A DNA stretch of 4,009 nucleotides from Naegleria gruberi (taxonomy: Eukaryota). The stretch lies in assembly GCA_000004985.1 (NCBI GenBank), contig GG739049.1, one strand, 5' to 3'. This document shows, piece after piece, positions 1 through 4,009 of the stretch. The translations under genes and the position numbers were made by a program. How positions within the stretch are numbered: position 1 is the stretch's first letter; every line of letters starts with the position of its first letter. Below the pieces are notes generated by a model. The model did no database searches, had not been told where the DNA came from, and saw only the letters and a program-made list of their open reading frames with translations.

Positions 1-177
1 TTGTAGAATTACATTATTATTTTTACATGTATCAATTTCATCATCACATTGTTGAATCATTTTTTTAAAGAATGTGAATTATCAGTAAACTTGAATTAAT
101 TGACCAATTCCTAATATTTAAAATAAATCATCAGGTTATATATGAATTCAACATCTCTATAATTAACAAATTAATAA

Positions 178-183
178 TTTATT
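178..183 (-). terminator. Putative poly(A) signal (AATAAA on the minus strand) about 80 nt downstream of the RRM/RGG gene stop
   Basis: Plus-strand 'tttatt' at 178-183 lies in a very AT-rich 3' flank. This is weak evidence, because AT-rich DNA contains many such hexamers. Confidence 0.3.
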
Positions 184-259
184 CTAGAAGTAGAAAAATT
201 CAAAAACATCTTTGAATGAAAACAAACTACTCCTCCACAGCTGTCTCAATATACAAATC

Positions 260-910
260 TTATCTTCTTCTTTGAGTCATGCCACCTCTTCTGCCACCTC
301 TGCCACCTCTTCCACCTCTACCACCTCTTGTAGCAATAGCACCACGTGTAGTTCTTTGTGGTCCCTTTGGTTGTTTATTCTTTGTTGCTTCTTCTTGTAA
401 ACCTTGAATACCAGCCTTTGCAATTCTAACTTTAGTATTATTAATAATATTCTTATTTTGATGTTGTAATCTCATTGCTAATTGTACTGAATCTGGATGA
501 GCAAATTCAACAAATGCATAAGTTTGAGATTGGAATGATTCAACAGTTTTATGTTTCAATAAGTGAACATTTAAAATGACACCACATCTATTTTGATAGA
601 ATAATCTTTTAACTTGTTGACTTGTAACTGTACCTGGTAATGGTGTAATATAAATGGTACGATCTTGTTTCTCTGGATCTTTAACTTCAACTAATTTAGC
701 CAAATCAAAATCAATTGATCTATCTTTACAACTATTTAATAAAAGTGAAATATCAGATCTTTTAGCAACTGTTAAATAATTACCAGCTAATGCTAAATAA
801 GAAACAGATGATTGTGGATTTTCTTGTGTAATGGCAGTTGCTAATGCTAAACCTGCCTTATCATTAATATGATTATGTTTCAATCCAACTCTCTTTAATG
901 TTGTAATAAA
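260..910 (-). CDS. RNA-binding protein, partial: 5' end lost in the assembly gap. It has one RRM domain and a C-terminal RGG/RG box. The RRM resembles La/LARP-family RRM1. The stop codon is at 260-262, and the reading frame stays open upstream of the track's TTG 'start' at 881-883, continuing to the gap edge at 910.
   Basis: The minus-strand ORF is 207 aa plus an open frame upstream (…FITTLKRVGL-KHNHIND…). RNP-2-like 'RTIYITPLPG' and RNP-1-like 'QTYAFVEFA' are spaced as in canonical RRMs. 'VKRLFYQNRCGVILNV' matches the usual 'LxxxFxxFGxIxxV' helix1/β2 pattern. The C-terminus is 'TRGGRGGRGGRGGRRGG'. The ORF track's start at 883 is a TTG and is not a real N-terminus; I translated upstream and found no stop before the N run. 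Confidence 0.75.
   Translation of the reverse strand, partial: FITTLKRVGLKHNHINDKAGLALATAITQENPQSSVSYLALAGNYLTVAKRSDISLLLNSCKDRSIDFDLAKLVEVKDPEKQDRTIYITPLPGTVTSQQVKRLFYQNRCGVILNVHLLKHKTVESFQSQTYAFVEFAHPDSVQLAMRLQHQNKNIINNTKVRIAKAGIQGLQEEATKNKQPKGPQRTTRGAIATRGGRGGRGGRGGRRGGMTQRRR
281..328 (-). repeat. Imperfect 9-bp tandem repeat (plus-strand unit gccacctct, minus-strand unit aga-ggt-ggN) that encodes the (RGG)n box
   Basis: Read directly from the sequence: gccacctct | tct | gccacctct | gccacctct | tccacctct | accacctct. The reverse complement aga ggt ggc/gga/ggt gives R-G-G five times, with one extra R codon. Confidence 0.85.
416..661 (-). other. RRM (RNA recognition motif) domain, approximately aa 75-156 of the 207-aa ORF
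   Basis: RNP-2 'IYITPL' and RNP-1 'TYAFVEF' are seen directly in the translation. 'RTIYITPLPGTVTSQQVKRLFYQNRCGVILNVHL' resembles my recollection of human LARP7 RRM1 '[32 protein letters not shown]'; that comparison is from memory and was not computed. Confidence 0.7.
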
Positions 911-1164
911 NNNNNNNNNNNNNNNNNNNNNNNNNNNNNNNNNNNNNNNNNNNNNNNNNNNNNNNNNNNNNNNNNNNNNNNNNNNNNNNNNNNNNNNNNN
1001 NNNNNNNNNNNNNNNNNNNNNNNNNNNNNNNNNNNNNNNNNNNNNNNNNNNNNNNNNNNNNNNNNNNNNNNNNNNNNNNNNNNNNNNNNNNNNNNNNNNN
1101 NNNNNNNNNNNNNNNNNNNNNNNNNNNNNNNNNNNNNNNNNNNNNNNNNNNNNNNNNNNNNNNN
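911..1164. other. Assembly gap (254 N) interrupting the RRM/RGG gene
   Basis: A run of 254 'n'. The open reading frames on the two sides of the gap are not in the same phase, as expected for a gap of arbitrary size. Confidence 0.95.
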
Positions 1165-1209
1165 TCTGATAGAAGTTGAGAAAGAAGCAATAAACAGTCT
1201 ACTTGTTAG

Positions 1210-1231
1210 AATCTATTTTGCAATCTATTTT
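1210..1231. repeat. Short direct repeat 'aatctatttt' x2 (1210-1219 and 1222-1231) just upstream (minus-strand sense) of the gap-interrupted gene
   Basis: Seen directly in the sequence. Its function is unknown. It could be a promoter or UTR element, or a chance repeat in AT-rich DNA. Confidence 0.3.
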
Positions 1232-2307
1232 ATAAGTATTTTAGATTACTTTTCCATAAATTCTTAGTCTCTTCTAATCAAATCAAATTGTCTTGTAATT
1301 GATTTAGCTTTTGAATTTGGGTTTCATCAACAAAGATTGTTGCGATGAAAATTAGAGATTTATAAAATAATAAAGTCCTTAATCCAATAATGTGATAAAT
1401 GTTGCTTTATGGTGTAATTTCAGCTTCAGATGTATAAATATTTTTCAACAAATAATTTGTGGTGCTTAGGTTTCATGTTCAAGTTCAAATGGAAATTGGT
1501 TTAGATGAATGAGAATGGTCGTTTACAAATCTAAGATTCACACTCGTGAAATGTCAAAGAATCAATATTTGGTTGATGATATTTAAGTATTCTAAATACT
1601 ACTATCTTATATATAGTGTTTGTACAAAATCATAAACATGTAATCTCGTTATGTGGAATGCTAAGTATATCCGATATGACATACCTGTCTTGGAGTATTT
1701 GATGGTAACTTCTTCTTATATACGCCGCGTTTCCAATAATGACATTATATGATCAATTTGTTTGGTTGATAGTAGAAACACCATCAATTTGTCTATTCAA
1801 AGCTGATTTAACTAAACCTACAGCCCTGAAAAGTTAGCCAAATATTCAAAGTTAATATCATCAAGGAAAGCATATCAATGTTAATAACGCACACCGAAAA
1901 CTTTGAGTAGCAATAGTACACTTTCGCTAATTAAATAGGAATCATTGACGTTATATTATAACCTAAGTACACAAATAAAACACTATCCGACGCGGGTAAA
2001 GATGCAAATCGTCAGGTAACATATTAAATTTCCGTTATAACAATAGAACGGATTAACCTATTATGTTAAGTGAATGTTACACCTAAAAGTGATCTAACTA
2101 AATAGTTATTTAACAGACAAATACGTACCTATTTACTTAACCAACAATTTGGTTCTCAAGACGTATGGCTTGATTTATAATTTTGTTCAGTACCTAAATT
2201 ATAGTGAATTCCTTGCCAATTTTTGTTCTCTTCGTACATTAGCTTCTCAAAGTAATGAATTGAGATGCGAACTTGATAAGGAATTGGACTTAATTGAACG
2301 AAACAAT

Positions 2308-2493
2308 ATGAGTGGCATTCAAGATATTTTCGAATTCATTGGAAAAGCAAGTGAAATAATTTTTGAGCACTTTATTATAAATTTGAACAACAAATCAAAC
2401 AAAAAAGAAGACAAATTATTAATCACCGTGAGTAGCGCTAGTGGAAAATCTCTTTTACAAATAGAAAAACATACAGGTGGTGAAAGTTGGTGA
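2308..2493 (+). CDS. Hypothetical short ORF (61 aa from the first ATG). The track ORF 2149-2493 begins at a TTG. This is a doubtful gene and may be a pseudogene or TE relic.
   Basis: The ORF is MSGIQDIFEFIGKASEIIFEHFIINLNNKSNKKEDKLLITVSSASGKSLLQIEKHTGGESW. Its codon usage (ggc, gtg, agc, gag, cac) is atypical for the strongly AT3-biased neighbouring genes. I recognise no domain. Confidence 0.2.
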   Translation: MSGIQDIFEFIGKASEIIFEHFIINLNNKSNKKEDKLLITVSSASGKSLLQIEKHTGGESW

Positions 2494-2627
2494 ATATGAT
2501 GAAAGTTACTTTTATACCTCAAAAAAAACCAAGTTCTAGCCCAATGTCAATCAATAATCTTCACAATTTGTGACGAGTATTAGAAATTCAAAAGAGCTGC
2601 TGAACTTAATACAGAACTATATAATTA

Positions 2628-2633
2628 TTTATT
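2628..2633 (-). terminator. Putative poly(A) signal (AATAAA on the minus strand) about 30 nt downstream of the TDP2-like gene stop
   Basis: Plus-strand 'tttatt' at 2628-2633. The stop codon (tga on the minus strand) is at 2662-2664. Confidence 0.35.
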
Positions 2634-2661
2634 TACATATTTTACTTTAATATTAAACTAA

Positions 2662-3918
2662 TCATTCAATATTATAAATTTCAGAATATAAACCAAAATG
2701 ATCACTCATACATGTATAATCCAAACTAAAAGATTGTTTTAATTTTAATTGATCTTGTTCATTTAAAATTAATTTTTCATTTCCAATAATTTTAATTTCT
2801 TTTGGAATATAATTTTTAGAATTTAATAAAATTCTATCTAATCTTTGACCTTTTCTATTATTTTGATATAAAAATGTTTTACCTTCTATATTTGGATATA
2901 AATAATACCAAATATCTTTATAATCTTTATAATTACCTGTTAATAATTGATCATTTTCAATTGAAGATGAATCAAAATTAAAATCACCCATTAACATTTT
3001 AATTTCTGTATTTGGATATTGATTATAAATAGAATAAATTTCATTTAATTGTACATGTCTTCTTTCTTTAGATGATAATGATTCTAAATGTACTGTTCCA
3101 ATTATAGCATAGGTTGGTATTAATTTTTCTAATTCTTCAATATTACTATTAATATCATTATTATTAATAGAATTTAAATATTTTAAATAAATATCTAAAT
3201 TTGGTATATTTTTAGCAAAAGTACAATTAATTAAACATCTACCCATTCTAGTTGTTAATTTATTAATTTTAATATCTAAAATAGGTAAATTTTTTTTAAT
3301 TAAAATCATAACACCATATGGATCAATAGAATTACCATCTATATCAGATATAATATAATTATTTTTAATAAAATCATTTTTAGTAATAAAATCAATTACA
3401 TATAAAGGTATTACTTCTTGTAAACATATAATATCTACATTTAAATTTTTAAATACATTTAATTGTTCTGTATATCTTTGATCTTGTAATATATTTGCAA
3501 ACCATGTATTTAATGTTATTATTTTTAATTCTTTAGGAAATTCAATCATTTCATTATATATATTTTTAATTATATTTTCATTATTATTTAAATTATTTAA
3601 ATTATTTTCAATTCTAATCCATGAATTGTTATTATTACAATAAATAAATTTTCTATTAAATAATTTTGATTTTTCATCTTGTTCATTTCTTAAGGCTTGT
3701 TCATATCTTTCTTTAAAATCAACTACATGTTGATTGGTTGGTTTTTTTAATTTTGATTTAATTGAATTTAATTCATTACCATTTATATTTGATATAAAAT
3801 TATTTATAAAAGTATTATTATTATTATTAGTGGTATTAGTACTAGTATTATTTACTACTAATGGTTGTTGTTGCAGTGGTGGAGGAGGTGGAACATTTGA
3901 TGATGATGAATTGATCAT
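2662..3918 (-). CDS. Tyrosyl-DNA phosphodiesterase 2 (TDP2/TTRAP)-like Mg2+-dependent phosphodiesterase of the endonuclease/exonuclease/phosphatase (EEP) superfamily. It is 418 aa with an ATG at 3916-3918 and a stop at 2662-2664.
   Basis: All EEP catalytic motifs are present in the canonical order. They are 'KIITLNTWF' (metal-binding Asn, aa ~137), 'DIICLQEV' (catalytic Glu, aa ~168), 'GTVHLESL…ERRHVQL' (the TDP2-characteristic HLES motif), 'MLMGDFNFD' (GDxN Asp, aa ~312), 'RLDRILLN' (compare TDP2 'RFDRIFFR') and C-terminal 'MSDHFGL' (catalytic His, aa ~407; compare TDP2 'SDHWGL'). The ATG is real and is preceded on the coding strand by A9. Confidence 0.85.
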   Translation of the reverse strand: MINSSSSNVPPPPPLQQQPLVVNNTSTNTTNNNNNTFINNFISNINGNELNSIKSKLKKPTNQHVVDFKERYEQALRNEQDEKSKLFNRKFIYCNNNNSWIRIENNLNNLNNNENIIKNIYNEMIEFPKELKIITLNTWFANILQDQRYTEQLNVFKNLNVDIICLQEVIPLYVIDFITKNDFIKNNYIISDIDGNSIDPYGVMILIKKNLPILDIKINKLTTRMGRCLINCTFAKNIPNLDIYLKYLNSINNNDINSNIEELEKLIPTYAIIGTVHLESLSSKERRHVQLNEIYSIYNQYPNTEIKMLMGDFNFDSSSIENDQLLTGNYKDYKDIWYYLYPNIEGKTFLYQNNRKGQRLDRILLNSKNYIPKEIKIIGNEKLILNEQDQLKLKQSFSLDYTCMSDHFGLYSEIYNIE

Positions 3919-3927
3919 TTTTTTTTG
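3919..3927 (-). promoter_or_regulatory. A9 tract immediately 5' of the TDP2-like ATG, a dictyostelid-style translation-initiation context
   Basis: Plus-strand T9 at 3919-3927 abuts the 'cat' at 3916-3918. Confidence 0.4.
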
Positions 3928-4009
3928 ATTTAGTTGTCAAGTAGTTATGAATTGGTAAGAGTTCATTTGTTCTATTTTCTTTGAATGAACTTTGAACTTG
4001 TAATATTCA

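Noticed and set aside
212-400. Plus-strand 62-aa ORF (Ser/Thr/Ala-rich 'SSATSATSSTSTTS…')
   Set aside because: It is the antisense reading of the (RGG)n tandem repeat and RRM C-terminus of the minus-strand gene. Its low-complexity composition is a mirror artefact of the 9-bp repeat, and I do not count it as an independent gene.
873-1190. Minus-strand 105-aa 'ORF' consisting mostly of X
   Set aside because: It is a translation through the 254-N assembly gap that begins at a TTG. It carries no information. The real gene's frame at the left gap edge is the 260-883 frame, which stays open to position 910.
1477-1488. Tandem 'gttcaa gttcaa'
   Set aside because: A two-unit hexamer repeat is too short to be meaningful by itself. 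It does not match tRNA B-box or known dictyostelid upstream elements such as DUSE, as far as I can recall them.
1575-1580. C-box-like 'tgatga' suggesting a C/D snoRNA
   Set aside because: No D box (ctga) at an appropriate distance (60 to 120 nt) and no terminal stem. This gives insufficient support.
2300-2345. tRNA-like fragments ('agtggc' D-loop-like and 'ttttcgaattcat' T-loop-like)
   Set aside because: Tried to fold it as a tRNA. The D-stem and T-stem do not pair, the D-loop would be only 5 nt, and no acceptor stem is present. It is a chance resemblance inside the short ORF.
2319-2522. Minus-strand 67-aa ORF overlapping the 2149-2493 plus ORF
   Set aside because: It begins at a non-ATG codon and has no recognisable motifs. 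It is fully antisense to the slightly more protein-like plus ORF. At most one can be real, and I favour neither strongly.
3734-3928. Plus-strand 64-aa ORF ('…LLLLLVVLVLVLFTTNGCCCSGGGGG…')
   Set aside because: It is antisense to the poly-Asn/Pro/Gln codons of the TDP2-like N-terminus, a typical shadow ORF of simple-sequence coding DNA.
1-4009. Prokaryotic defence or mobile systems (CRISPR repeats, RM, TA, integrase, IS elements)
   Set aside because: There are no direct-repeat/spacer arrays, no terminal inverted repeats, and no recognisable transposase, integrase or defence-protein motifs in any of the six frames. The gene structure and composition are eukaryotic.

Overview
This window is eukaryotic nuclear DNA, not prokaryotic, and most likely from a dictyostelid social amoeba. 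The evidence is composition and gene style: very AT-rich non-coding flanks, poly-Asn (aat/aac), poly-Gln (caa) and poly-Pro runs inside ORFs, and strong A/T third-codon bias (aga, ggt, caa, cca). A run of 9 A's sits immediately before one ATG, and poly(A)-signal-like AATAAA lies about 30 to 80 nt after the stops. A 254-nt run of N (911-1164) is an assembly gap. Both supportable genes are on the minus strand.

Gene 1 (260 to at least 910, with its 5' end lost in the gap) encodes an RNA-binding protein. It has one clear RRM, with RNP-2 'IYITPL' and RNP-1 'TYAFVEF', and a C-terminal (RGG)n box encoded by a 9-bp DNA tandem repeat. The RRM resembles the La/LARP-type RRM1.

Gene 2 (2662-3918) encodes a 418-aa endonuclease/exonuclease/phosphatase-fold enzyme. 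Its ordered motifs closely match tyrosyl-DNA phosphodiesterase 2 (TDP2/TTRAP): LNTW, CLQEV, HLES, GDFN, RLDRIL, SDHFGL. It carries a low-complexity N-terminal extension.

Between the two genes is an unusually long non-coding spacer (about 1.2 to 2.66 kb). It is visibly more G+C-rich and CpG-containing than typical dictyostelid intergenic DNA. It holds only one short plus-strand ORF with atypical codon usage, which makes it a candidate transposable-element relic, pseudogene or ncRNA locus.

I see no CRISPR array, tRNA, rRNA or prokaryotic defence system. The hint that this window holds an undescribed system is not borne out for prokaryotic-type systems. The open questions are the composition-anomalous spacer and the gap-interrupted La-like RNA-binding gene.
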